A stretch of DNA of 64,000 nucleotides, from positions 1 through 64,000 of the forward strand of contig JBDRRP010000107.1 in assembly GCA_043825735.1 (NCBI GenBank), read 5' to 3'. This document shows positions 41,119 through 50,636 of the stretch, in pieces. The DNA is from Pseudomonadota bacterium. GTDB lineage: Bacteria > Desulfobacterota > Desulfobacteria > Desulfobacterales > JBDRRP01. Each line of letters opens with the position of its first letter. The first letter of the stretch is position 1. The notes under the pieces were generated by a model. It was not told the origin of the DNA and did no database searches. It saw only the letters and a list, made by a program, of their open reading frames with translations. The position numbers and the translations under genes were made by a program.

Positions 41119-43761
41119 TTATCCGGGTGCCGAATCGCTGCTCGGCGCCGGCGTTTGGGCACCGGTATGCAGCCGTTCAAGATCGCTCATCAGTTTGTTT
41201 CGATAGAACCGCACGGATGCGGGATTGCTCATGATCATGTCCAACTGTCGGGTGTGGATGATTAGGTGGCCGATGGTCTTGAGGTGGCGGCACATGGCCT
41301 CCGCAGGCCTTTTTTCCACCCGCGCGGTCAGCGCGTCGGAGCGGATGTCGACGTGGAACTCCTGGCTCTCCAGGATATCCCGAACGAAATGGATGCGACC
41401 CAGGCGCCGCTGTTCATCCGCGGCGCCCCCTTTGAACCGGAACTGGATGTAGTTTTCCGGGTCCCGGTCTCCCACCAGTGTTTCGACCTGACAGAAATGG
41501 TATCCGAGCCGGGTGTTGAGGCTGCAATAGTTCCGGGTGATCATGAAATAGCTGCGGGCGGCATAGCTGGAGCGCACGCCGGTCGTGAGCGCCGTGTTGG
41601 TCGTGGAACGGAACATGACCGCCATGAGGCCCTTGCCGTCCAGGGGCGGCGGTCCGTCCCAGGGGATGGCCGTGATGCCCCCCCAGAGCGCGCGCATGGG
41701 TATGGAGACGATCTGGGTGATGGGTACCCGCGGGCCGGTGACCGGGCCGTTGAATCCGTCGTCCAGATTGAGCACCCACCATTTCAGAGGCACGCGGTCC
41801 ACCAGTTGTTTGGCCGATTTTTCCGGGAACCGGTGCTCGGTGCCGAAGGCGAACATCTCACTCACCGACCGCTCGTGAACGAGGCGCGTAATATCGTGGA
41901 GCGTGCGGCAGTTGGCGATGGTGAAGTCCATGGAATCGGGGTCCAGCAGATTGAGGGGAACGATCCAGCGGCTGGCGCGCTCCAGGGTCTGATAGACCGG
42001 GCTGCGTTGAAAGCGCTGCGCGGGGCGCATCGGTCCGGCTTTGGCCCCGATGACGGGCAGCAGCCCCGGGTAGACACGCGCCGCTGTGGCGTCCACGGTG
42101 ACCGGCGCGTTCTCGGTCAAGCTATCCACGGCACCGGAGAGCCCGAAGATGGCCGGGACGCCGAATTCGCGTGTGATGTGGGCCAGGTGGCCGGCGGCCC
42201 CGCCCTCCTCGGTAATGACGGCAGCGGCCCGGCTGACCAGCGGCGACCACAGCGGCAGGGCCTGGCGGGCCACGATGACAGCGCCTTCGGGCATCCGCAG
42301 CATGTCCGCCGACTTTTTGGCGATAAAGACGGGCCCGGAAGCGGCGCCGCGGCAGGCCGTGGCGCCGCCGCTGAGCAGCGGCGGGGGCAGCGGGCCGGTG
42401 GTATCGATGCGGCTCGTCGCGGCCTGATCGACGATACCGTGGGCCATGGGGCGGCTTTGAAGGATGAACAGGTGCCCCTGCCCGTCGACGGCCCACTCGA
42501 TGTCCTGCGGGGCGCCGTTGTGAGTCTCCAGCGCGAGGGCGATGTCGGCCAGGCGGCAGGCGGTTTGGCGGGTAATGGCCGGCTGATCGGCGTCTGTGGC
42601 GACGGTCGTCTCATGGCATACGCCTTCGATGGGATCGCAGGTGAATTTTTCCGTCTTGCGGGTGATCGTCTCCCTGAGTACGCTCAGGGGGCGCTGCCGG
42701 CTGACCTCGATCTGGTCAAATCCGCCGGTGCCGTCCACCACGGCTTTGGGCAGACCCAGGACGGCGTTGATGAACACCGTGCCGGCCTCCGGGTCCACCG
42801 GATGGCGGGAGTACATGACCCCGCCGGCGGCGGCGTCCACCATCGCCAGGCAGCCCACCCCCATGGCGATATCCTCGTCGCGCAGGCCGCGCTTGAGGCG
42901 ATAGGCCACGGCGCTCAGACCGTATTTGCTGGCCACGATTTCCTTATAGGCCAGATCCAGTTCTTCGGCAGCGACGTTCAAACGGGATTTATAGAGGCCG
43001 GCGAAACTTTGCTCGGCCATGTCTTCCCCCAGGGCGCTGCTGCGCATGGCTACGCGCAGGCCCGGCCGGCCAGTGGCGAGGCGGCCGTAGGCGGCGGCGA
43101 TGGCCGTCGAGAGCTCCGGCGGAATGGCGGCTGAAATGATGCGCTGCTGGATGGCCGCGCAGGCGATCTGCATTTCTTTCAAGTCGCCCGGGGTCAGATT
43201 CTGGATGCGGCGGTCGATTTCCGTCTGCAGCTCGTTGTGGGTCATGAAGTGCCGGTAGGCGGCGGTGGTAATGGCAAATCCGTCGGGAACCGGCAGGTCC
43301 AGGACGCCGCAAACTTCTCCTAACTGCGCCATTTTGCTGCCCACCGTGTCCGCATGCGTGAGCCTCACATCGCTCAGTGTGATCACCAGATGCGGGGGCT
43401 CGGCCATCTGCGGAGACTTTTCCGCGATGATGGTCTCGATGTGCTTGCGGATTTCTCCGAAACGCGCGAACAGCGGGTCATATTTTCCCTTTGAAAGCCC
43501 GCTCATGCGGATCAGCATCTGCAAGACGTTCACCACCACCGCGGTGCAGCGCGCCCGAACGAAGGCCATGCCGAAAACACCGCCGCCGGCCAGCGCCTGC
43601 TCGATGTCGTTCATGACTTCCAGCGCTCGGTTGTTGGCGGTGATCAACAGCTTGAAATCGTGGTAGCGTTCTTTGAAATCGGCGCGCAGAACCTCGACGG
43701 ATTCGCTCGAAGCGCCTGCCTCGGCGGTTCGGGAAAATAGCGATCGAAAATGCTTCAACAC
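41119..43761 (-). CDS. PEP-synthase-like protein, paralog of 12024-14645
   Basis: VGSKMAQLGE, MRSSALGED, SFAGLY, QDIEWA, LQSRP, GGAAGHLAHITRE, and a shared C-terminal RLGYHF..FKGGAAD..RQLDM domain. Confidence 0.85.
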   Translation of the reverse strand: MLKHFRSLFSRTAEAGASSESVEVLRADFKERYHDFKLLITANNRALEVMNDIEQALAGGGVFGMAFVRARCTAVVVNVLQMLIRMSGLSKGKYDPLFARFGEIRKHIETIIAEKSPQMAEPPHLVITLSDVRLTHADTVGSKMAQLGEVCGVLDLPVPDGFAITTAAYRHFMTHNELQTEIDRRIQNLTPGDLKEMQIACAAIQQRIISAAIPPELSTAIAAAYGRLATGRPGLRVAMRSSALGEDMAEQSFAGLYKSRLNVAAEELDLAYKEIVASKYGLSAVAYRLKRGLRDEDIAMGVGCLAMVDAAAGGVMYSRHPVDPEAGTVFINAVLGLPKAVVDGTGGFDQIEVSRQRPLSVLRETITRKTEKFTCDPIEGVCHETTVATDADQPAITRQTACRLADIALALETHNGAPQDIEWAVDGQGHLFILQSRPMAHGIVDQAATSRIDTTGPLPPPLLSGGATACRGAASGPVFIAKKSADMLRMPEGAVIVARQALPLWSPLVSRAAAVITEEGGAAGHLAHITREFGVPAIFGLSGAVDSLTENAPVTVDATAARVYPGLLPVIGAKAGPMRPAQRFQRSPVYQTLERASRWIVPLNLLDPDSMDFTIANCRTLHDITRLVHERSVSEMFAFGTEHRFPEKSAKQLVDRVPLKWWVLNLDDGFNGPVTGPRVPITQIVSIPMRALWGGITAIPWDGPPPLDGKGLMAVMFRSTTNTALTTGVRSSYAARSYFMITRNYCSLNTRLGYHFCQVETLVGDRDPENYIQFRFKGGAADEQRRLGRIHFVRDILESQEFHVDIRSDALTARVEKRPAEAMCRHLKTIGHLIIHTRQLDMIMSNPASVRFYRNKLMSDLERLHTGAQTPAPSSDSAPG

Positions 43762-43850
43762 CGGTAGCGCATCCTTTGTCGATGTCGGTGACGCCAAAGC
43801 GGGCGGCGGCGACACCCGCCGCCAGATGCGGCGGGTGTCGGCTCTTCGGG

Positions 43851-44537
43851 CTAGTGCTCCAGGCTCAATCCCCATCCTTCGAAGATGAACAGGATGGCGA
43901 AGCCGTACCAGAGTGTGTAAATAACATAAAACACCAGCGAGAACACCACCACCCCCAACCGGCCCGTGATTTTCTCCGCCTGGATGCCGTAGTAGTTGTA
44001 GGCGGTTTCCACGGCCTTGGTCTTGGCCAGATCGGTGATCCGGGCCTCCTTGAACAGCTTCTGACGCTTCAGCTCGCTATCCATTTTGTTGAAGGCCGTC
44101 CACCAGTTGAACAGTGCCTGGCGCTCGTTGAAGCCGTATCGACCCGACAGCGCGGCGCCGTCGTTGTTGTACATGGCGTCGGCGTCGGCGAGGGCGGCCT
44201 GAAGGACGAGGCCCAGATCAGCGGAGACTTTGAGCTGGATGCCCGTGCGGTTCACCATCGCCCCGGCGGCCATGAGCTGACTGGCGATCTGATCCGCCTG
44301 CTCATCGTTGTTCATGGCAAACGCCAGTTCGACTTTCCGGCCGTCCAGGGTCTTGGCTTCATCCATGACCTTGGGAATGTAGTAGGCCGATCCCTTGGAG
44401 ATGGAGTTGTAAAGCGAGTCCAGATAGTTGAGACCGTTATGGCCATGGAATAGCGGCATGAAGATGATGGCCAGCACGATAAAAAAGGCCACCAGCATGG
44501 CAAAGCCGCCGTAAAACTCTTTTTTATGAGCGATCAT
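43851..44537 (-). CDS. Hypothetical membrane protein coupled to TauE
   Basis: N- and C-terminal TMs; ATGA overlap with the TauE stop. Confidence 0.85.
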   Translation of the reverse strand: MIAHKKEFYGGFAMLVAFFIVLAIIFMPLFHGHNGLNYLDSLYNSISKGSAYYIPKVMDEAKTLDGRKVELAFAMNNDEQADQIASQLMAAGAMVNRTGIQLKVSADLGLVLQAALADADAMYNNDGAALSGRYGFNERQALFNWWTAFNKMDSELKRQKLFKEARITDLAKTKAVETAYNYYGIQAEKITGRLGVVVFSLVFYVIYTLWYGFAILFIFEGWGLSLEH

Positions 44538-45817
44538 GCGTGAACCCCCCCTTTGAGTTTGTCGATGTTTTTCAGAAACGTACCGATGACCCAGACCGAA
44601 AACCCGCCGATGACGATGAAAAAGGCCCAGATGCCGATGGTGTTGAGTACATCACCGGCCCCCTTGGATATCGGAAGTACTCCCAGGGCGCCCAGCTTGG
44701 ACGGCAGGGCGAAGATCCGGTTTACCGCACCGGCCATGACCGCCATGGCGTAAAAGCCGCGGATCGTGATGCCCGGAACCACCTTGGTCACCATGGCCCC
44801 GATCTGGATGCCCAGCAATGAACCGAGCAGCATTCCCATGGCCAGGGTGTAGAAGATAAAACCGTAGATGGCATACTGGCTGATGGCGGCGTAGCCGGCG
44901 GTGAAGACGATCTGGAAGATGTCGGTGCCCACGGTGGTCATGGAGGACACCCCCAGCACATAAACGAAGATGGGGAAGGTGAGAAAACCGCCGCCCACCC
45001 CCATGATGCCGGCGGCTAGGCCCACCAGGGCGCCGGAGATTACCAGAAAGAGCCATGAGATTTTCCGGCCCTGCGGCGTCAGGTCGAAGTCGAAGCTGAC
45101 CATGGGGGGCAGATTGACGGCCTGCAGCTTTCGGGGCAGGCTGCCCAGTTCGGCCCCCTCGCTCTTGCCCCCGTGAGCGCCCTCGGTCTGGCTGGATTTT
45201 CGCGAGCGCAGGAAGTCGGTCATGGCATAAGTGCCTAAAAAACCGAGCATGAGCGAATAGACCGTGGTGATGAAGGCGTCGCTCAGGACCGGGTTGATCT
45301 CATAGAGCACCCGGTTGACGACGCCCCCCACGGTGGCCCCGATGATGGCCCCGATGAGAAAGACCATGGCCAGTGGGACATTCACATTGCCTAGCTTCCT
45401 GTGAATGACGCTGCCCATGATGGCTTTGGCGAAGATATGGAAAAGATCGGTGCCCACCGCCAGGATCCCCTTGATGCCGGCGCTCATGAGAGCCGGTGCG
45501 ATGATGAACCCGCCGCCGGCGCCGATACAGCCGGTGATCAGACCCGCCCCCATGCCGATGAGAATGGACACGATGAAGATTCCGGTGCTGTAAAAGGCCG
45601 GGCTGTAAGCCTTCTTGCCGCCGATCAGGGCCGGCAGTGCGCTGCCGATCTGGTCGGCGAAGGCGACGGCGCCGAGCAGCACCGGAATCGTCAGCAGACC
45701 AAGAATCCACATCCGTTTCCGGCTGCTGAGAATCGTCCGGGCGTTGTCAATCTCCCACTGGGCGAAGATCTGTGATCCCGCCATCATGAATTGTCCCCAC
45801 TGCCTGAAAAAATTCAT
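44534..45817 (-). CDS. TauE/SafE family sulfite exporter-like membrane protein
   Basis: GCIGAGGGF..AVGTDLF and GIMGVGGGF..VGTDIF; AGGAGG RBS before MNFFRQW. Confidence 0.9.
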   Translation of the reverse strand: MNFFRQWGQFMMAGSQIFAQWEIDNARTILSSRKRMWILGLLTIPVLLGAVAFADQIGSALPALIGGKKAYSPAFYSTGIFIVSILIGMGAGLITGCIGAGGGFIIAPALMSAGIKGILAVGTDLFHIFAKAIMGSVIHRKLGNVNVPLAMVFLIGAIIGATVGGVVNRVLYEINPVLSDAFITTVYSLMLGFLGTYAMTDFLRSRKSSQTEGAHGGKSEGAELGSLPRKLQAVNLPPMVSFDFDLTPQGRKISWLFLVISGALVGLAAGIMGVGGGFLTFPIFVYVLGVSSMTTVGTDIFQIVFTAGYAAISQYAIYGFIFYTLAMGMLLGSLLGIQIGAMVTKVVPGITIRGFYAMAVMAGAVNRIFALPSKLGALGVLPISKGAGDVLNTIGIWAFFIVIGGFSVWVIGTFLKNIDKLKGGVHA

Positions 45818-45866
45818 TTTCCCTCCTTGCCTCCTGTGGTTTGTGCGGTGTGCGTTCTTTTGCCGA

Positions 45867-46295
45867 TTATCGATGCGGGCGCGGCGCGTCATGCGCTTGC
45901 GCGCTCCGTATTTTTTCTTCCTGTAGTGCCTTGTTTTTAAATGCATCCTGCAGCTTGTAGACAATGTCGTCGATGTCCATCGGCTTCATCAGATAGTCAA
46001 AGGCCCCCATCGCCATCCCGGAGATGGCGGCTTCGACACTGGCGTGCCCGGTGAGCAGGATGACTTCCACCAGCGGTTTTTCCTTCTTGATCTGCTTCAA
46101 CACCTGGATGCCGTCCTGGCCGGGCATTTTGACATCCAGCACCACGACGTCGATGTCGGTGGTGGCCAGGATGCCCAGGGCTGCGGCGCCGCTGCCGGCA
46201 GTCAAGACGGCCATCTGCCGGCGGGTCAGCCGTTTGGCCAGCGTTTCCAGAAAGTCCGCCTCGTCATCGACGAGCAACACGTTAATGGGCTTCAT
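45867..46295 (-). CDS. Stand-alone response regulator receiver
   Basis: LVDDE, LDVKMPG, LTGH, LMKP. Confidence 0.92.
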   Translation of the reverse strand: MKPINVLLVDDEADFLETLAKRLTRRQMAVLTAGSGAAALGILATTDIDVVVLDVKMPGQDGIQVLKQIKKEKPLVEVILLTGHASVEAAISGMAMGAFDYLMKPMDIDDIVYKLQDAFKNKALQEEKIRSAQAHDAPRPHR

Positions 46296-46731
46296 GGTCT
46301 TTTTCCCCTGTACGGACGACCGACATGATGGCATCGATCAGATCGGCGACCTCGCATGGTTTGGTGAGATAAGCGCTGGCCCCGAAACGGAGGCCCTCCT
46401 GCGCGGCGATCTCACAGCCGTGGCCGGTGAGCATAATCACCGGCAGCTCCGGCACCATCTTTTTGAATATTTTCAGGATTTCGATGCCGTCCATGTCGGT
46501 GAGTTTCAGATCCAGCACGGCGATGTCGAATTCTTTTTTGCGGAGCACTCGAATCGCTTTCTCTCCGGACATGGCCGTTTCCACCGAAAAACCCCGCCGT
46601 GCCAGCCGCTTGGCCAGTACTTCGGTGAACGGCACTTCGTCGTCCACCAGCAGGCAGCGGACGGGCGCGCGTGCGGGGCAGGCACCGCCGGTGGCCTCCC
46701 GTGATCGTCCGGATGCGTCACGTCCCTTCAT
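46282..46731 (-). CDS. Stand-alone response regulator receiver
   Basis: LVDDE, LDLKL, LTGHG, LTKP. Confidence 0.9.
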   Translation of the reverse strand: MKGRDASGRSREATGGACPARAPVRCLLVDDEVPFTEVLAKRLARRGFSVETAMSGEKAIRVLRKKEFDIAVLDLKLTDMDGIEILKIFKKMVPELPVIMLTGHGCEIAAQEGLRFGASAYLTKPCEVADLIDAIMSVVRTGEKDHEAH

Positions 46732-46764
46732 GATATCGCCTCACATACGTCCCTTGTCGGTTCA

Positions 46765-47196
46765 CTATGCCCGCCGCGAGGTGATCTCTCTAATGCGGGC
46801 TTCGATGATTTTCTCCTCGTGCCGTCGCTTCTTGGCGGCAGCGTCTTTGACCTTTTCCATGAGGACGTCCATGTCGCAGGGCTTCATCAGGTAGTCATGG
46901 GCGCCCTGCTTCATGCCATCGATCGCCGATTCAACGGTGCCGTGGCCTGTGAGCATGATGACTTCCACAAGCGGGTGCTTTTGCTTTATGTCAACCAGGA
47001 CCTCGATGCCGTCCTTGCCGGGCATTTTGACGTCCAGGATGACGACTTCGATTTCGGCATGCGCGGCCAGCATTTCCATGGCCTGAGCGCCGTCATAGGA
47101 TTGAAACACTTCCGTATTTCTTTTCCTCAGGCGGCGGGTCATGGCGTCGACGAACGCCACTTCGTCATCGACCAGCAGGATATTGGCTTCAGTCAT
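46765..47196 (-). CDS. Stand-alone response regulator receiver
   Basis: LVDDE, LDVKMPG, LTGHG, LMKP. Confidence 0.93.
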   Translation of the reverse strand: MTEANILLVDDEVAFVDAMTRRLRKRNTEVFQSYDGAQAMEMLAAHAEIEVVILDVKMPGKDGIEVLVDIKQKHPLVEVIMLTGHGTVESAIDGMKQGAHDYLMKPCDMDVLMEKVKDAAAKKRRHEEKIIEARIREITSRRA

Positions 47197-48932
47197 TGGT
47201 TGCTCCTTTCATCAAGTGGTGAACCCGTTTTAGGTGTTTCTTGGTTTTCAGAATCTTCCTCTATCGGCAGACGGATGGTGAACGTGGTGCCGCTGCCCAC
47301 GCGGCTGGCCACTTCAATCCGTCCGTTCATTCGACTGATGATGCCATAACAGATGGACAATCCCAGCCCCGTCCCCTTCCCGACGGACTTTGTGGTGAAA
47401 AACGGATCGAAGATGCGCGGCAGATTGGCGGCGGGGATTCCGGGACCGTTGTCTTTGACCTCAATCAGTACTTCGTCGCCAGCCACCTGCGTGTTGAGCT
47501 CGAGGGTGCCGCCGTCTTTTTCCATCGCCTGCAGGGAATTGTTGATAAGATTGAGCAGGACCTGCTGCATCTCCGATGGAGACCCGGCGATGGCCGGCAC
47601 GCCGGGGCCCAGGTGCGTGACAACCTGGATATTGCCGTATCGGGCGCGCTGCTCGGTCAGGGCGACCATTTCATTGATGAGGGTGTTGGGATGGATCTGC
47701 GTAATGCGCGAGTCCGTCTTACGGGCAAAGCTGAGCAATTTGTGGGTGATTTCCTTGCAGCGTTTTCCCTGGGTGTTGATTTGCTTTAGGGCGCGGTGAA
47801 ACTCTTCCAGGTTGCTGCTCTCAGCAAATTCATTCTCCTCCAGCAGATCTTCGATCCAGCCGGCTTCTTCGACCATAATGGCCACTGGATTGTTGATTTC
47901 GTGCGCGATACCGGCAGCCAGCTCTCCGATGGATGCGAGTTTTCCCGTCTCGATGACCTGGAGATTCATCAGTTCTTTCTCCTGATCGGCACGCTGGATG
48001 CGCTGGACCATTTGACGAGACAGGAACACTGCCATGAGGACGATGCCCAGACCGCCGAGACCGAAGATCAACAGGGCGATGATCTGGGCCTGGGTGAGCG
48101 CGGAAAAGGCGTCAGAGCGCTTCTGGAGATACACCAGCCGCCAGTCGCCGCCTTTGAGGGATGCGACTGCGGTCAGGTATACGGTGCCATTGCTATTCTT
48201 GACTTCGCGCACGACAACCGGGCTTCGGCGGTTGCGGGATTCCGTACCGTTGGGGGGTCTGAAATCACCGGTGACCATTACTGTCTGCCGGGGTTGGGTC
48301 TGGAAAACACCGTCCCGGTTGAGGATGTATGCGAAGCCGGTCTCGCCGATGTGGATGTTTTCCACCAGATCGTTGAAAGAGACAAAGTCGATGGTCGCCC
48401 GAAGGATCCATGGTCGGCCGCCGATGGTTTTACGCACGGTTACGATGAAATGGGGGGAATCCCTCAATCCCAGAAACACGTCGCTGATATAGTATTGGCT
48501 ATGGATGGCCTGCTTGAACCAATCGGCCATGCTGTAGTCAGCGCCGCGAAGACCAAAAGGCCCGGCGTAGGCGATTTGGCGGCCATCGGCGTCGACCACA
48601 CCCAGGTCGACGAATACCAGGCTGAACATCTTTTGCAGGTGCTGCAACTGCTGCGCGAGAAAGACTTCGTTGGTGAGTTCGGCATAAGTAAACGTCTCCG
48701 CGAGGAATCGGACCTTTCGCTGTTTCTCGCTGAGAAAGCTGTCGATAGCTTGCCGGTGTTTGGCCACCAGTTCCTCAAGGTGGGCATATACCTTGGTCTG
48801 ATAGATGCCCTGAAACTGATCGAAAATGATCCCGCCGACGAGGAACAGCGGCGTCAGGGATACCAGAATGACGATGGTCACCATTTTTCGGATCAGCGAG
48901 CGGTAGTAGTTCCGGTTGGCAGTGTCGTCCAT
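47193..48932 (-). CDS. Cache-domain sensor histidine kinase, paralog of 20646-22307
   Basis: DLGVVD..AYAGP..SDVFLG..PHF..ILRATID; AGIAHEINNPV; G-boxes. Confidence 0.93.
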   Translation of the reverse strand: MDDTANRNYYRSLIRKMVTIVILVSLTPLFLVGGIIFDQFQGIYQTKVYAHLEELVAKHRQAIDSFLSEKQRKVRFLAETFTYAELTNEVFLAQQLQHLQKMFSLVFVDLGVVDADGRQIAYAGPFGLRGADYSMADWFKQAIHSQYYISDVFLGLRDSPHFIVTVRKTIGGRPWILRATIDFVSFNDLVENIHIGETGFAYILNRDGVFQTQPRQTVMVTGDFRPPNGTESRNRRSPVVVREVKNSNGTVYLTAVASLKGGDWRLVYLQKRSDAFSALTQAQIIALLIFGLGGLGIVLMAVFLSRQMVQRIQRADQEKELMNLQVIETGKLASIGELAAGIAHEINNPVAIMVEEAGWIEDLLEENEFAESSNLEEFHRALKQINTQGKRCKEITHKLLSFARKTDSRITQIHPNTLINEMVALTEQRARYGNIQVVTHLGPGVPAIAGSPSEMQQVLLNLINNSLQAMEKDGGTLELNTQVAGDEVLIEVKDNGPGIPAANLPRIFDPFFTTKSVGKGTGLGLSICYGIISRMNGRIEVASRVGSGTTFTIRLPIEEDSENQETPKTGSPLDERSNQ

Positions 48933-49037
48933 CGATATGAGTGCTCCCTTTAGTCGGCGATTTCCCCCCCGCTCGCGAGGAAGGGTGGCGGGCGTCTGCC
49001 CGCTGGTGGTCGCTTTCTCCCCAAAGATGACGGCGAC

Positions 49038-49063
49038 TGTCGGCGCTCTTTACACGGTGTAAA
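49038..49063. promoter_or_regulatory. Putative activator binding site
   Basis: TGTCGG-CGCTC-TTTACA-CGG-TGTAAA. Confidence 0.65.
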
Positions 49064-49271
49064 TAGATTCGCCGACACCCGGCCGTTGTCGGTGATGTTG
49101 CGTTACTGCTGCCGTCTGCCTCCTCTGTGGTGGCACTGGCTGCGGGACAGAGAAGGCAACATTTTGAAATGACGTGTTAATTCGATCGCATCAAACATCG
49201 ATTCACCGTTTTGACCCAGCGCGCTACCTACAATCGCGGCAGGGGAGAATTTCTCCGTTGCGCTTGCTAAG

Positions 49272-49287
49272 AGCAATCGGTGTGCCA
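49272..49287 (-). promoter_or_regulatory. sigma54 promoter
   Basis: Minus strand TGGCACACCGATTGCT. Confidence 0.8.
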
Positions 49288-49580
49288 GATGTCGGCTTGA
49301 GTAATGGTTGGCGGGAGAGAAAAAAAGTGATTTGGTAAGGGTCAGAAAATATAGAAGAAAAAATAATTGGGCCCCAGTGAGGAGAGCGCTGGTGGCGTTT
49401 CGGGTCATCTTTGGCGACTGGGATTATCGCACAGGGGCGAGATGAGGGGATGGTGCATATTGTACCGGTGGCGCGAATTGCCCCAGGGGTGTGCTTCTTG
49501 CCGGTGCCACCGCCTTGGCAGGCCTCGGCGCGGGCGTTGCCGATGTGGTGCCAAAGTTATAATCGCCCATCAGTTGATCG

Positions 49581-49714
49581 CACCACACGACGCTGCGCAG
49601 TGCCCTGGAACAGTGGCTCGACAGGTTGTCGATTCGGCCTATGGTCGTCGGAGAATTTGAGGACAGTGCCCTGCTCAAGGCGTTCGGAAGGCTGGCGTGG
49701 GTCTGTTCGCAATA
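49581..49714 (+). pseudogene. NhaR-like LysR regulator fragment
   Basis: HTTLRSALEQWLDRLSIRPMVVGEFEDSALLKAFG, then a frameshift to AGVGLFAI; in-frame stop just upstream. Confidence 0.75.
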
Positions 49715-49742
49715 TCTGGCCCATTAAACAGCATCGAAAATG

Positions 49743-50435
49743 CTACAACGGTTTTTGCATCAGTGCCACGTCTTTGACCGGGATCTGACAGGACCACCCG
49801 AATGTTCGGGCGATGCGCCGCAGGGTGACTTCGCGGTAGAAGAGCACATGGGTCGGGTCGCGGCGGTAGTGCCATGATGGAAAGCGGGCGTCGTCGGTTT
49901 GAAAGCAGGTCATGAGCGCCAGCCATCCACCCGGTCGCAGCATCTGCTCGAAACGGGCGAACTCCTCGGCCGGCCGGTGAAAATGCTCGATGGTTTCGGT
50001 GCAGGTAATAAAGTCGTAGTGCTTATCCAGCACGGTCCGGTCTGGTGCAAAAAAGGGATCAAAAAGGGTCAGGCGGTGCCCGGCCTCGGTGAGCATCCGG
50101 GCCAATGCAGAGCCGGGCCCGCATCCGTAATCGAGTCCCTCCCGGCCGGCAGGCAACCTTTCCAGCAAAGGCGCTGCGAGCTTCGATAGAAACCGCCGGT
50201 AACCGGCGTCCGCCGGATCGTTTTCATGCGCCAGATAATGTTCGTATTCGGCGCTCGCGGACAGCCACTGCGCCGGATCGAGCAAGGTCGCCTTACAGCG
50301 CTCGCAGCGCTGATAATGCCGACCGTTTACGCATAAGAAAGGGCGTGTCGCGGGTGCGTTGCAGACGCTGCAACCGGGATGGTTTCTCTGGGCGCGGTTT
50401 TTTGGGGGCGGTGTGCTTACGGTTTTTGAATTCAT
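49743..50435 (-). CDS. Class I SAM-dependent methyltransferase with N-terminal Zn-binding motif
   Basis: CSVC..CERC, LDYGCGPG, YDFITCTETIEH, LRPGG. Confidence 0.9.
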   Translation of the reverse strand: MNSKTVSTPPPKNRAQRNHPGCSVCNAPATRPFLCVNGRHYQRCERCKATLLDPAQWLSASAEYEHYLAHENDPADAGYRRFLSKLAAPLLERLPAGREGLDYGCGPGSALARMLTEAGHRLTLFDPFFAPDRTVLDKHYDFITCTETIEHFHRPAEEFARFEQMLRPGGWLALMTCFQTDDARFPSWHYRRDPTHVLFYREVTLRRIARTFGWSCQIPVKDVALMQKPL

Positions 50436-50593
50436 AATGAAAAATGGCCTCCTTTTCCATGGAGACCATTGAACCGTAAAAGGGCTGTTTTCCGCTTGCA
50501 CAATCTGGAGAATTTCATCTCGGAAGTATCAACGGAAATAATGTTTCCTGCAGTAGTCGGCGTTGCAGGCACCCTCTTTTTTGGCCCCGCCAC

Positions 50594-50636
50594 CAAAATA
50601 AAGAAGGCGGGCGCTGTCCAGCCCGCCTTCTTTATT
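50594..50636 (-). terminator. Intrinsic terminator of the Ehr operon
   Basis: 16-bp inverted repeat AATAAAGAAGGCGGGC / GCCCGCCTTCTTTATT overlapping the stop codon, U-rich tail on the minus strand. Confidence 0.75.

Noticed and set aside
41266..43134. Long antisense ORFs (also 1255-2424, 10399-11793, 20580-22313, 60519-61916)
   Set aside because: Shadows of well-supported genes in high-GC DNA, with no motifs.
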